In this document: in pieces, positions 37,084 to 52,022 of the stretch
Numbering within the stretch: position 1 is the stretch's first letter
Layout of the letters: every line of letters starts with the position of its first letter
NCBI GenBank assembly: GCA_030704615.1
Contig: CM060733.1
Location: forward strand, 37,138,001-37,202,000
DNA: 64,000 bases
From: Takakia lepidozioides
Taxonomy: Eukaryota; Plantae; Bryophyta
Direction: 5' to 3'
Program-made: the position numbers and the translations under genes
The notes under the pieces: model-generated
The model's input: the letters and a program-made list of their open reading frames with translations, nothing else
The model's database searches: none
Told to the model about the DNA's origin: nothing

Positions 37084-40000
37084 ATGGACTTGCAAACGCT
37101 GGCATCGGTGTTGCAATCCGCCCTCAGCACCAATCCGGATGAGCGGAAGGCAGGAGAGGAGCGTCTCAATCAGGTCTGTGCCGAATCTTCTTCTCCATCT
37201 TCTGTAATAAGACTCGGGGACACGAGATTTCATAAGAGGGGATTATTAGGTGGGGAAGTAGGAACATAAGGGGTGAGAGGCGCCAGCCTACCTGCGCGGA
37301 AGGTGAGACATGGCTCCAAAAAGAAGTTTATAGATATTCTGGGTTGAGGATGGTCTGCTTCGGTGTATTTCATTGTATTTCTTCTCTCCGTTACACCGGT
37401 TGTCTTGTTTAGCTCTCATTCTTTTCGTGTGTATTTTTCTGCTCTGTTGGCTTTTCCATCCATTTATTTTTGTGAATCCAGTACTGGTATTTCCTTTTGA
37501 AGTTGAATTTGTGGAGGGTGAACAGTACCAACACGTTAGGGGCCATTTGGTGGGACTCTTGCAAATCATAGTGGCAACGAATGTGGATTTGTCTATAAGG
37601 CAAGTTGCCAGCATCTACTTCAAGAATGTGAGCGCCAGGGACTGGATGCCTCGCGAACCCGGTAAAAATTTCCTTTGCTCTGTTTAGGGTTTATTTATTT
37701 ATTTATTTATTGGACCAAAGTCTCTTTGGATTAATGACGTGTTTTCTTTTTTTATAAATTTTAATTTGAACACTTGTGCAGAGCTGATGAATGTAGAAAT
37801 AGAAGTCGGGAGAGGGTAAAGCAAGTAGACGACCTAGCAAGTGCTGGTGGGCAACTTCCAGTTATGGCCTAATTCTTCAATAGTCATGTTAAAGGGCAAT
37901 GGGTATCACAAGTTTGGAAGCTCTGGGTATGAATGTTGTCTATTTTGAAGTAGTGTTTATTGGTGGTAACGCATGGTATCTCACATTTTACTGGGAAGGG
38001 GGGGGGAACATGCTTATATGGTACATGGGTTTTGGTGTCTCAGGTGATCAACCTAAAATTTCGGAAGATGATAAGACGACTGTCCGTGAAAATCTTCTGG
38101 AAGCCATCATTCATGCTCCTCCTATTATCAGGTCTTTGTCCCCTCCTAACTATTACCTTTAATGTATTTGATGCAGACTGCAGGGTTGAACTAGTCGCCT
38201 GACGCACACCAACTTCTGTAGGGTTCGCAGAAACCATCCATGGCAGCTGGATACCTTGGGAGTTCATTTTAGAATTAACACCCAAGGAGGAAGAATGAGG
38301 CCTCTGATGTGTAGTCCATGTGAGTTTACTACAATTGGACCGGCCTTTAAAGTCTGGTTTGGGGCCTTGACAGCTTCACCCCTAAAGAAAGTGCACTTAT
38401 TTTAATGATTTTTTAACTTCAAATCATCTTTCTCATACATATCAATTCAAAGATATCTACTTTCAAAGATATATAATAAAATAGCTCACAAACCTGTCTC
38501 TATCAAGTAGGGTGCCACATTCCCCATGTTTCATGCTTCTGGCAGTTTGAGCCTGATTCAGTACATACAATGCTTTCCCAGGTTCAAGTGCACCTCAGAA
38601 TCTGCACAAGTTCTTTTGTTTGATGCATTTATCTCCATCTCTGATGCAGGGTTCAGCTTGGTGAATGCTTGAAGACTGTCATTCATGCTGACTATCCTGA
38701 CCGTTGGCCGGGCCTCCTAACCTCCATAGATGGTAACCTTAAGTCACAAGACCTGCAGCGCGTTTTTGGTGCTCTCTATGCCTTGCGCATCCTCACTCGC
38801 AAATATGAGTACGAATCAGCAGCTCACAGTCTTGGTTCTGAAAGATATGTTGTTATGCATCAGACTTTTGGATGTTCTGCATGTGTGTACAGAAATCTAG
38901 CAACAAAATTGGGTGAATATATCTAGGCATTTCAAAAACAAATCAGTATTGGGCACACCCTAGATGTTAGAATCCTTTAGATCAGAATTAATCATTCTTT
39001 GCATCCCTCTTGGTGTCTGCTCCTGTATATAAATTTCCTTATATTTTCTTTACCTGCCATTGCTTGATTTGTAAGTATGGTCAGCTTCTACTTGTTAGTC
39101 ATGATGCCCATCAATGCAGACGTTGGAAGAGAGTCAGATGGATGCAGTACTATATACTCTTTGGGGAGTTTGCTTACTTCATCTACATGTATAGAATCTC
39201 ATCAGTTTATCTTGCATGGCAGATTCAAGGATGAGGAAGAGCGATTTCCAGTGTATCTCATCATCAATACAACCTTTCCTGTATTGCTGGAAATCTTGAA
39301 GTACTTACTGTCACTTCAAAGCCCCTCCATTGAGATGTCGGATTTGATCAAGCTCATCTGCAAGATCTTCTGGTCATCATCGTATGTACGTCACATCTGG
39401 AAACCAACTCCCATATTTCATCAGTCCCCACGCCACCTCCCTAGCTTCCTTTGGTGAAGCAGGATTGCTGTCTGCAGACAAATGGTATCCTGTCAAATTT
39501 ACAGTGACTGTTCTACCTGCTGTCATGCAGCACACTGGATGTGGCCAGCATGTAAATTTTCATTTGTGTGCACCCTTATCATGATCTGGCCTGTGTGAGC
39601 AACTATCATCTTGCAGGAAGTCCGTTTTGGTGAGGATGAGTGTCCCTTTGGCTTCCAAAATTTCGTTTTCTGTCACTATGTGAACGACACTGATAGCACT
39701 TCATACAGCAGTCGAACGAGGGATGTTGTATTTGGCCCTCAGATCATGGGGTCCATCTTACCTCTACTGACTCAACGGTTGTTGTGTCTGTCTGCATATG
39801 GAACACAGCTTGAGATTCCCAAGCTGCTACATGATTCCAGCATCTTCACAGCCTGGATGGCTTGCTTTCACAATCTGCTGGAGAGGCCCGTCCCATCAGA
39901 GGGCCAGCCAACTGACCCTGAGCAACGGAAAGTCTGGGGATGGTGGAAAGTGAAAAAGTGGACTCTCCACATCATGAATCGGCTATACAATAGGTTGGTC

Positions 40001-43000
40001 GCTACTGCGTCCGTGTCCACTACTGGCTTGTATTTTAGCAAGGTGTGGCGTATTTTTGAGCAGGAAATTTTTGAGCTGCAAATGTTTCTCTCTCCTCTGA
40101 ATGGTATGTGTCTCTTTTCTCAGGTTTGGTGATCCCAAGATGTCCAAGCCAGAGAATAAAGCGTTTGCACAGATGTTCCAGAAGCAATTTTCTGGAAAGT
40201 TCCTGGAGTTGTACATGTCACTCTTGAGTGTGGTGCGGGAGGATGGCTACTTGCCAGATAGGGTCATCAATTTGGCCCTGCAGTATCTAAGCACCAGGTA
40301 CTTGCTGGTTATAGTTTTGATTCCACCAGGAGAGGAGCATTACCACATCTAAATGCAACATGTGCTGCAGTGAGTGAAAAATGCATATTGGTTTGTGTTG
40401 GTCCGATGTTGCTCATACACTGGACACTGGCTTGATGTAGTGAACGCAGGGATAGTCGATAACTATGTCACAGTAAACTTCAGATTAGATGGGATCTTTG
40501 AATCCAATGAAATGTGGATGTTACAAGTGTGCATATGGTACCATAGACCATCAAATGGATGTGGGGAGATAGATGTATGACAGTGCGATCAAGTTGAGAT
40601 ACTTGACAAAGATGTTCCAAACGCTGGATAACATAGTGGTCACGGAATGGTATACATGTCGCATTGCATTGTACATCTGTTGTACGCTTGAGAGAGATTA
40701 GCAATGAAGTGCAGCATAAAGAATTCTGGTTGCGTGTGCAGTGTTTCCAAGTCAGTCACATACCAGTTGTTGAAACCTCGGCTGGATGTGGTGCTATTTG
40801 AGATTATATTCCCGCTAATGTGTTTCAACGATGCCGATGATCAACTTTGGCGAGAGGATCCCCACGAGTATGTCAGGAAAGGTTATGGTGAGTAGCATAC
40901 AAGATTCTATGGTCATCTGTCATTATTGCCGTAGCATGTTGTCAGCAGTATGGAGAGTTATGGCTCTAATCAGCAGACCTGGCCTCTGGCTCTCCACCTT
41001 TGTCTTGTTTATAGCATGACAGTTGAGGCATGGTTGGCAGCTTTGAATAGACAGTTTCTGGTTGACAGGGTGTTGGGTCATATCATGTTCTCCGCAGTTC
41101 TGGTATAGAATTGCAGTTTGATTGATTACAAACTCTGCCGTGTCTTTCTGTCATTGTGGTCCAAAATGATCTCTCGGTGATGCCAGGCAAGTGTGTTTTG
41201 CAGACATCATCGAGGATATGTATAGCCCTCGCACTGCAGCCATTAACTTTATTTCGGAGCTTGTTAGAAAACGAGGGAAAGAGAACTTGCAAAAATTCTT
41301 AACGTTTATCGTTGAAGTTTTTAGAAGGTACTGTCACACTTCACCCTGTTCAATGTCATTGTTTCCTCATTCTTTTCCCTTGCAGAAGCGTGGCCTCCCA
41401 TAAGCTCTTAGATATGAAGGTTATAGACTGGTGGACGATAATGCCGGAGGGTAATGGTATTTGTGAAGAATACTGGATCACAAGAGTCGTTCACTTGAAG
41501 AATCCAACCTTTCTGCTATAGACTTAGACGGGGGGAAGACAAGAGGAGATGCAAGGACCTGTAAAACCTCAACGCTGTAGTAATACTAGCAAGATGTGTG
41601 AAGTTATTAGTGCTGGCAGGTACCTTACTACTATTTCATGCTAAAGAGAAATACTGCAAAGAATAACTTCATGTTCAACTCACAGTGGGCTGGCTTGAAC
41701 TTGAGGGTACACCTGGTTTCACTATGGATTAGAAGTCTGCCAAAGACTTAATTCTTTCCTGTTAAAAGGCCTTTGTCAATGATGCCAATGCCAAGACCTT
41801 TCTTGTTAACCCTCGTCCATGGTGTCCTCACAAATGCCTATCATGAGACAGTTTTGTGCTTGCTGTTCCATGCTCAAAACTTGCATGTTTGTCATTGAAG
41901 TTGCATAGAAAGCAATTTCTTGTGGCAAACCTGCCACAACAAATGTTCAGTTTGGAACGCCAAACTGAACATCTCCATCACGAAGCCTCCCAAAGTACAC
42001 AGATGCAACTTTCCTCTAAAATCTGATGTCCCTATCTGGTGATGGACATGGTTGGATGTAGGTCTTGCAAACATCTCAACACATCTTAGTCAGTGAATTC
42101 TAGGCCTGCATGGTCAAGGGTCGATTGTGATCAAAGCTTGCCATCTATAAGATGGGCGGTATCAGTGGAGTTTCTCCAGATTGTGTGCTGGGGATCCTCT
42201 CCCTATGATACTTTGAAAATGTAGTCTTAGAGAGATGGACATGTAATGTGGGGCTCTGGTCAATATTTAGACAATGGAAGAGCCGTCTACATCCAGAACT
42301 GTACCCAGTGATGCCAATATCCAAGTTTTTCTGCCTGGAGTCTGCTCTTACTCTTTGGTACAAACTTTTGTAACTGTACAGGTATGATGAGTCGCCACCA
42401 GAGCAAAAGCGCTTCAGGCAAAAGGATGGAGGGCTATTGGCTGTTGGAGCTTTGAGTGACAAATTGAAACAAACAGAACCATACAAGTCGCAACTGGAAC
42501 ATATGCTGGTCCAGCATGTGTACCCCGAGTTTTCCAGCCCTGCTGGTCACCTTAGAGCCAAGGTAGCGTATCAACTTCTTTCTGACATTTCAACTATCCG
42601 AAGTGATTTTCAAACAGATTGGCAGACGTCCTGAAGTTGGAATTTAGCTTGTACTTTGGAGTCTGTCATGTCTGGGCACTGTGATAGTCTTTCATGATTG
42701 GCTCCTTTTTTACATTAAGCAGAATCCCTTTGCCTGTCATTTTACTGTTGGTCATTTCCTGTAGTTTATTTTGGTCATCCCATCTGAATTTCATGCTGTA
42801 GAACATTTTAGTTAATGTTGCCCAAAGTGGAATGCTTGCTTGGGAATCTTCCTAAGTCCAGAAAGTTCACAGGACCCACAGTAGTTGTGTGAGGCAGAAT
42901 GTAATCTTCTGGACAGTGTTTAGTGTCCACAATTCGCTACGACTGGATTTTCCTGGGAGTGCTCTAGCAAGTTAGCTGCATTTATGAGGAAGGTCCATTG

Positions 43001-46000
43001 TGATGGTGAGGGGAGGGAGCAACACAATGCAGGCTGCATGGGTAGCGGGGCAGTATGCGGACATCACATTTCTGGACCAGCGCAACTTCACCTCTGCTTT
43101 GCAGCGCGTTGTGGCGGCTCTCACGGACCCCGAGTTGCCAGTCCGCGTTGACTCTGTGGTTGCCCTTCGCACGTTTGTGGAAGCCTGTAAAGGTGCAGGC
43201 ATTTTCGGACTATTTTGCCCCGGAATAGTTTTCTCTTCCTTCTTCGTTGTCAGTTTATGTTCTGTTTATGAGAGCACATGATTGGTTGGTCTTCTAAATG
43301 TGGTGAAGGATGGGAGGACACTTTTGTATGCTTTCTTGTACTCATCCTTTTTTTTATTTTTCTTCCACAGTTGTACATGAGAGAGAGAATTGGAGAGTTG
43401 TTCAGATTTGAGAAATAAAATTTTGCCTCTTGTCTGATTCAGCTTCTGTTATCCTAGTGTTAAGCTTTTTTGTTTTTCTCTTTCCTGCTCCCAACTAATA
43501 CACATAGTTGGATACTCACAAATGGTGGCATGCTGGTACTGGCAGATCTTAATGAAATTCGGCCAATCTTACCACAACTTCTAGATGGTAAGCTCTTGGA
43601 GCTCCTGATTTTGTCCTGTCAATAAGGTATCTGCTTGGCATCATGTGTCTCTTCTCTGAGGTGAACCACATTCATGTGGGCATGCATTTTTGTATTTTGA
43701 TTATATACATTACATGTATTGATGGGCAACATTCAGTAAAGGAAGTGAACAGATCTAGTGTTGGATTCACAAAATGGTGTTGACGACTCAAGGGATGGAG
43801 ACAATGGTGAGGAGTTCCTATCTGACAGTAGTCTCGCTTGTGGCTGAAGCTGACACCTACGTGGGGTTATGTGGGATAATGGTCAACAGAGTTTTTCAAA
43901 TTGATGAATGAAGTCGAAAATGAAGACCTGGTGTTCACATTGGAAACAATTGTGGACAAGTTTGGGGAGGAAATGGCACCGTATGCTCTTGGCCTCTGCC
44001 AGAACTTGGTACTACCAGCCTTCCTCCTCAACCCATTGTAATTCCTGTATGGATGTCATGACTGGATTAAACTTTTTGAACTCCTGTGCTTTGAGCAATC
44101 TCTTTTGCGGTGGCTGATAAGGACAGTTTTGAGACTGGTAGCTTACTGCTCCAGGTGCTTTCTTTTCCAGCCATGACAAAATGCATGTTAGCAAACACTC
44201 TTAACCGTTGGCCCTCACTCTGAGCTGGTGTTGATGCACTCCTATGATATTTTATGCAGGCAGCAGCATTTTGGAAGTGTTTGCAGTCTTCTGAAACTGA
44301 CGAAGATGAGGATGATTCTGGAGCATTGGCTGCAGTTGGTTGCTTGCGGGCCATTGGCACCATTTTGGAGTCCGTCAGCCGATTGCCACAACTCTTTCCT
44401 CAAATGGAGCCCACGCTGTTGCCCATAATGCAGCGAATGCTGACAACGGATGGTCAAGGTTGGGATTCCAATCTCTGCTGTCTTGCTCCAAGTTCTTGGT
44501 TGTTCTACACTCCCTTGGCAAATCAAATAAGTGCTGTTCATGCACTTGTTGGTCTTGTGTGGCATGTCCGTGGAAATCTCAACTTTGGTCTGTAACATAG
44601 ATCAGACAGGAAACCATTCTCACTGTGCGGTTGAACTTCCTGGGCAACTCGAGTAGGGACAACTCGAATGTGGCTGCAAGGCAATGGCAAATGTCTAATG
44701 AGTAGATCCTCTCGTCTATTTATCCATAGGGGTCTTCACAACCCATTGTGAACTCTTTTGTGTGCTGTGTGCAGATGTGTTTGAGGAGGTTTTGGAGATA
44801 GTGTCATACATGACATACTTTTCTCCTGCTATTTCATTGAACATGTGGAGTCTATGGCCACTCATGGTCAATGCGGTTGACGAGTGGGCCATCGATTACT
44901 TTGAGAGTACACCCCCATGCCCATGAGTTGCATGCTAAGTTGGAAAGATTGTATTTCTCTAGTTAATTTTCAGAAACCTACTGGATGTTTGTGAACTGGT
45001 CAGCTTTAGTTTCTGGAAGATACAAAGGAAGGTTTGGTTTGTGCTTGTATTAGAAAAGTTTGTCTGTGAGGGTGGTTTCTGTCAGATAACTTTTCAAGTA
45101 GGAGCACTGAGTCCTCTCATGTTGGTTTTTATTATGTTTGTTTGTTCATGTCTGTTGAGCTGTCTTCAATGCGAGGGCCGTTAAGCCAATGACAACTCAT
45201 CACTTTAATGCTGTTGTTAATCAAAAGCTTGTTTAACAGGGAACAACTATTCAATCTAGGGTAGACACCTAACCAAGAACCCAGTGGAAACAGCAGAATG
45301 AGGTTGTAGGGTGACTGTTTCTGTGTTTCAATGAGCAGCAGCCAAGGTGTTTTGGGTCCTTAAGCATTGGTTGCTTCATGATTAACAGTGGACATCTTGT
45401 TGCAGACATTTTGGTGCCAATGGATAATTACATTTCAAGGAGTACGGAGCATTTTTTGTTGTGTAAAGATCCAGACTACCAACAAAGCCTTTTTAAGATT
45501 TTATCCACGGTAAGAGCTCTGTTTCAAATATGTTATCCTTGGTGACATCAAGCCATGAGAGTTCTCACCTGCACATTCCATGAGGGACAGCAAGGATAAG
45601 GTGAAGATGTTATTCTTGCTTCTTCATTGCTGGCTTGTGCTTCCAAAAACTGATCTTGAGTTGAGCTTCGTTTCTCACTATATTTGTCTTTTTATCCTTG
45701 GCACTAGACTGAAATTTAAACCCAAGGCGGGAAGCCTACCTTTAAACAGATGCACAGAGGAAGAGGAGATTGTAATTGCCTGATGCGGCAACCTGACTAC
45801 AGTATCCATTTCCTGATATATTGTCTGGGATTTTCTTGCTATAGAGTGACCCTCTTCTGGACAATCAAGAACATTGTCCTGGCTGCTCTGTGCACCAACT
45901 TCCAAAATCGTGAGGTTGAGCCTAACGCCCTGGCCCTGTTGGGGTCTAACTTTGGGCTGCTCACACACAGCAGATTGATGCTTGTGTGAAGGGCTTTCTA

Positions 46001-48439
46001 GAGGATATCTGGAAAGCCCGAACTAATTTTCTATACCAAGGTAAGTCCCACTACCGGATTGAGCCCCTCACAAAGGTAGTTTCTGGTCGCTTTTGTTCCG
46101 CCCAAACTGGGCACGCGGGGTCTATGGCCACAAGGCTGCGGTAGTACATTCTTTATCTCACCTGCTTAAAGTGTTAAGATGTGACAGGTTTTATCAGATG
46201 ACAAACTTGAAGACAGTGATATCGAGCCAGCACCAAAGTTGATAGAGGCAGTGTTACAAAACTGCCGGGGACGTGTGGATCAATGGGTGGAGCCCTACTT
46301 ACGAGTCAGTGTTGAAAGGCTTCGAAAGACCAGGAAGAACTATTTGAAGGACTTACTGATGGAAGTGGTACGTCTGCTTTCTCTCACAGGTCTCTGAACT
46401 TACCTTCGCGCGACTCAGTTGACGGATAAAGCACCACACCCCCCCGGCCCCTCGCCTCTCGCTATCCTTTTTGTCATTTAATATCACTCATCAATTCATT
46501 CGGATAGTCATGCAATTTCTGGCATTGTGTATCATTTGGAATAATTAGAGTTGAATTAGTTGTATCATGAAGGGGTTTTGGGTACTTCCTATTGTGAAGC
46601 ATGCCTACATCACTTCTTCAGGTTTTGCCAATTGATTGCTCCTTGGTTGGTTAGCCCTTAAAAGATGTCTGACATAATTGATGTACCTCGCTGAAAAGCT
46701 CATTTTAACTTTCAATAGCAAGTTAGTAGGTTGAGTTTCAGTAATGGGCAATTCGAGGCTTGTGGGATTCTACTTCTGCAGGTTGCAAATGGGCTCTACT
46801 ACAATGCAGGCCTATGTCTCAATATTCTACAAAATTTGGGAGTGACTGGCGAAGTTTTCCAAGCTTGGTTTCAAATGCTTTACGAAGTGAAGAAGACCGG
46901 AAAACCTGTTCACTTCATCAGGTACTGATTCCTACGAGGTATTGTTGTATTTGTAAGCCATACAAGGAAGACTGGCACCTGTTATCTATGAAACATACCA
47001 TGAAACTAACCATGAAACATACAAGAAAATGGTCTTCTGATTGTAACTAGTGGCTTGTTGAACTCGTTTATATGGCTCCTGAGGTTCCTTCTGATTACTC
47101 ATTTTGGGGAATGGTGTGTTACAGGGAGCATGATAAGAAGGTTTGCATTTTGGGGATGGCATCTTTGCTGCCAGTGCCGGTGGCAGCAATGCCACCTGAG
47201 TTGCAGGTAGGTCTGGATCAGGTTTTCCGGGCTCTCCTCAAGCTGCTTGTGGCCTACAAGGATCAGCACGCAGGTTGGTTTCTACTTGTTTTAATGACAT
47301 TCGTGTTTCTTTTGCAGGGTGCCTTCTGGATGCTGTGATATTTGTCCTATTGGTCCTGTTGTCTTTGACATGTCTTCGTCATTGTTATGGCAGTACCCAG
47401 TTGTTCTTTTAATGTTCATGTATGTCTTTTCAATCTCCTTCACTTTCTGACATGCCTGGGAGGGTCTGTTTATAGAGTCAGGTAAGGTGGAGGATGTGGA
47501 TGAGGATGATGAAGATTTGGATGGCTGGCGTTCTGGTGATGACGGGGACTGGGATAAGGAGCTGGATGATGATGATGAGGGTGATGAAGAAGCTGAAACA
47601 CAGAAGCTCCAGAAGTTGGCCGCTCAGGTAGAATACATGCTTGTAGAGTCAAGCCATGTGTCCTCAAATCAGTGTGGGTATTCTCAATTTGGATTAGACT
47701 ATCGTTTCATGTTCACAATCTGTACTGGATTCCTTTAGGCCTGAGTGTGGACCTAGAACTGACACTGATGTTCATCTGTTTGGTGAGATGATCTGTTGAA
47801 TCTGCTGGGCTGAACAGGCAAAAGTCTTCTCAACACATGGGGATGACTCCGATGATTCTTATGATGAGTTTACGGACGATGAGGAGTTTCAGGCACCCAT
47901 TGACAACGTGGATCCCTTCATCTTCTTTTCTGATGTTATGAAAGGTGTGTAACTCTTGTGTATGGATGTGTACTACCATAGCTATGCTAGGCTGTATCCT
48001 CCTGTAAGAGAGTAGGCTGCAAACAATCCTTTGTTTCTGCATTTCACGAAAAAACTTTCTAATAATAGGTATAAATGATCGCAGCACTTGTATGCTTGCG
48101 CACCAAGAATTGAAAGGATGCAAGAAACAGGTTGGAGAGGTCTTCTGCATGAAAATGGTGTTTTTTTTTTTTCCTTTGACATTAGTATAGAAAGTCAACG
48201 ATTTCGTATATAGCTCCAGTTTCAATTTACCTCTTGGTAACTGCTGTCTGTATGATACAGCAATATCAGGCACCGATCCGGCAAGATTCCAAGCCCTTTC
48301 CGGATCATTGGATTTTCAGCACCAAGCTATGGCTCATGGCCTGGCTCAGCATGCAGAGGAAAGGCGAAAAGAGTTTGAGAAAGAGACAGCAGAAAAGTCT
48401 GCTGCCGCATTGGCTGCTGGTGTGGTGGGACGCCAATAA
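37084..48439 (+). CDS. SAD2: Importin-beta family protein, SAD2 / importin-7/8-like
   Basis: About 20 GT-AG exons (first ones 37084-37173, 37526-37661, 38044-38131, 38650-38808, 39223-39385). Peptides: [94 protein letters not shown] and an acidic C-terminal region. Stop TAA at 48437-48439. Confidence 0.95.
45695..46155 (+). mobile_element. 5'-truncated LINE 3' end in an importin intron
   Basis: Degenerate CxxC..HFLxx[10 protein letters not shown] resembles a LINE ORF2 C-terminal zinc knuckle. Aligns over its length with 55330-55790. Confidence 0.6.
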
Positions 48440-49449
48440 CACCAAAACCTGCTATCTTGCTGGAAAGCTTTGGGGCTTTGTATTGCGGTCAGTTAGTCCT
48501 CCCTAGGTGTATCAAGTGAGAAAGTCCCTTTTTCCAGATTTACATTGTTTGAGGTTAGTCATTAATAAAATTGTTGTAGGCTTTGCAAGAAATGTACAGG
48601 CGATTGTATGAGGGTTGATGTCTGGGTAGTTCTTTTGAAGTAGAGCTCTCAGAGTGTCCTGTAATTCATTTTCGTAGCCCATCCAGTTTTTCTTTCGAGC
48701 TACTCTTTCCTTCCAGCTGTTCCCCATGGAAGCCACAGAATCTTGCTTTGTATTTGCAAGGAAAATTTTCAATCCACCTCAACTAGAACAAAATGAGGGA
48801 TTTGTAGATACGGTTATGTCAAGAAGATTCGACTACCATGCAGAATTTTCTAGTTTGACTGGTTAGATTGCTCCCCTTTTCACCAGATTGTACACAATCA
48901 TTGGAGAGGTACTCTCTTGTAAGTTGCAATTGGGCAACTTTCTCGTGGTCAGATCGACTTGCATACACTGGAACTCAAGTTTGCATGTCACCTGTCGCTT
49001 GTGCTGGAATACTTTCAAACAGAAGCCGATTACAAAAATTCATGTAGCATGGTAAGGTAAGGATGTGTACAAAGTCCCGCTTAAGATTGAAAGTGTGGAG
49101 GTCTCCTGCCTCAATTTGTGGGTGGATTGTGCCTGACCTGTGGCAGTTCCAGCCATTCCCTGACATTTTTTATAACAAGCCACAAGCTAGGGTCAGTATA
49201 CAAGTTGAGCAAGGAACCATGAGTTATGTTGATATGCATGAAAATTGTTACGTGTATGTCATCTTGTTATAGTTCATTGTGCAGCACACAACTGACCTAT
49301 TCTTCCTTCTATAGTACATTGCTGTCCACAATGAGATCATACTCCTAAAGTGTGAAACTACATGCGATCATATCATAACTTACCTCAGCATCTTAAATAA
49401 TGGTCATGTCATTGTTTGGTTGCCGGTGCAGAGGTAGATTCATTCATGT

Positions 49450-49880
49450 TGTGGCTTCTATTGACCAAGTTGGTGGCGGCTAAATCAGAGATGCCAAGCA
49501 ACTTCTTGCAGAAGGTGGAAGGTGCATTCGTCAAGTGTCATACATGTTAAGGGGACTGGCTCCTAATGCTTTGGTATCTAACACCAAGTAGGAAGGAACA
49601 ACATCCCTCTTCACACATCTTCCGATGGTCAAAACTACTGACCTAACTGAATGTTGACATAGCCAGTTCAATGCTAGGTGCTTTTTTGCTCCTCCACAGG
49701 CTAAAATGTAAGGACTTGGACCCAGAGAACCCAGCATCCAGTTCAATTGGCATTCTGTTAATGGAGTCTTCTGCTTCATCCAATGACCCTATGCGACCAA
49801 GGAGGTCCACAAAATGGTCCAATTGTATGAGTAACACCATAATCTCGGCTCATGGAATTCGAAGTATTAACGTATTAACA
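49450..49880 (-). pseudogene. PLS-PPR remnant (last PPR motifs / E region)
   Basis: HFVDLLGRIGSLDEAEDSINRMPIELDA matches the S2 motif before E1. A LNMY-like E2 trace lies downstream. Confidence 0.75.
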
Positions 49881-51656
49881 GCCTTCATCCACTAGACCCC
49901 CATGGCCGCAAGCAAACAGAAGAGAAATAAAGGTGATGCCATTCGGCTTGAAGCATTCCTGCTGCATTTGTTTGTTGGGTTCTTTAAAAACAGGATCTGA
50001 TAGAAAGCCCTGGAATAAGAGGGGTAGAATACAAGAGGAAAAATAACCTCCAAGGGGCTATAAACACAGAGAACTACCCAGCACAAGTGGGGGAAAAGAG
50101 GGCCAGCAGGAAGGCCTAAGAAAGAAAGCATAGCAGATGGAAAGAAAAGAGGAAAGGAGAAAAAGAGCCCTGCGCGGGCAAAAGGCATTTCATTGACAGG
50201 TTGTGATCAGCAGATTTGCATGTTCTGGGAGATTTAGCAGGCTAGTAATCTAACAGCCCAAAGTGGCAACAGGATACATACATATTTTTCTTTGACACTG
50301 TCACAAATGCTACTGCCTAATAGTGCTTATGCTTGTCATAGCCAGCATTGTTGATTCATTTCTTGATGTAGCAACTGTCCCTCAGCGGAAACGAGGTCTA
50401 CAGGACAACCCAAAGCATCCACTAATGAGATCTCTCTCCCACAGTAAGGAAAGTGATTCAGTTTGTCAGCCTACCATTTCTGTTATGCAGGAGCCGAATT
50501 CCAACTCCCAGAGAATGAGCTTCCCCAGGATTCCAGCTCGTGAGATCTTGAAGCTGACTTGGCACTCTACGAGCACCCTTCAGAAAACTTGCAACTCTGG
50601 AATGTGAGAACGGGCTGGAATATAGAGAGAGACCTGAACCCAACTGAACTACAACTTAAAAGGTAGAATAACAACTACTCCAAATCCTCAACATAGAAGC
50701 ATCCCACAGAATCTGGAGTATAGAAATGTGATAACTTACTGTAAGCAAAGATGCAAGAGGCAGTCTGTAGGTGCAAGGTGGTTCTGACCAGCATGCACAT
50801 ATGATCCGGGATTGGCATTCCGAGGTCAGAGAAAAGCGTAGTGCATAGAACTTGTTTGTGGGGTTGGAGTCGTTGCCACAGCTTTGGGTGTTCTTAGCTT
50901 CGCAAACTGAAGCAGCTTTGATACTTTCATAGAAGGCCTCTTGTTCAGTAGAGTATGAGTGTTTGTCTTTGTTTTTTCTTGAGTCAGGAGTTCTTCCCAT
51001 GTATTGAGAAAATGAGTTGCCTTGTGGGTAACAAACAGACATGCAGAAATCGAAAAAGCCAAGATTAGATTAGATTGACGATTTCAGTGGAGGGAGTGGT
51101 GGATGAAGTTCCGATAGCGCAGTGGTCAGGATAGTGCGGCACTGGGCACGTAACGGTGACACCTAACTGAGTTAGCGCGTTTGAAAACGGTCTGCAATCG
51201 CATGCTGTTGTGCTTTTCCGGAATTCTCGGATTCAGCAACACACTTTACAGATCGGAATCCACTAATCCTGGCAAGAACTTGCACAACCCATCTCGGGCC
51301 TTGTCATGTTTGTCCAGGTAGCTGTCTGGTCTTGGAGCAGATTGGAGAGATGAGAAAAATTGCAGATTGAGCGTCAAAGAATGAGCTTGAGTTGTGAATC
51401 GGTCTCTGGGTCTGTCGCATAGAGTTGGGGTTTCTGGGACTGTTCATGTGATAGCGGGTTTAAGGGAGGGGCAACTTCGTTGCAGTAGGAGAGAATGAGG
51501 AAGATGGGTGGGGTGGAGGCGGAAAATCACTGGACAGCAGACTGGTTGTGTGCACAGCTTCTTGGTCCGAAGGCCGGTCTTGCGGACTGGTGTTCCTCGC
51601 TCCGTGTTCCATCCCAGTCTTGCTTGGAGGTTTGCTTGCACACAGCTCTTTCATCG

Positions 51657-51986
51657 ATGAATCTCTTCATCGTTTCCGTCCTCCGATCAATAGTGCTGAA
51701 TGTTGACTCTCATGTGGAGGATAAAAGAAATGCGGAGTTGGCAGCAGACAAGCAGCCGATAAAAGAGGCACAGTGTATCCTTACGAGTTCCTTTCGGAAG
51801 CGTACAATCAAGGAGGAAACGTCGCCTGCTGCTCAAGTAAGTACTCAGTAAACTTTTTCAAGTGACCATCACACCTCCCCCTGAAAAGACATCCTTCTCG
51901 TTCTCGAAATTCGTTCTGATTTGGTCTCTGTTCCTGCCTCTGAATTTAGTCTTTCCCACATCACTCTGATCAGTCAGCGCATCTGT

Positions 51987-52022
<36 letters not shown>

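Noticed and set aside
49892-51060. Minus-strand gene upstream of the PPR remnant
   Set aside because: Only short ORFs with no recognisable domain or consistent splice pattern.
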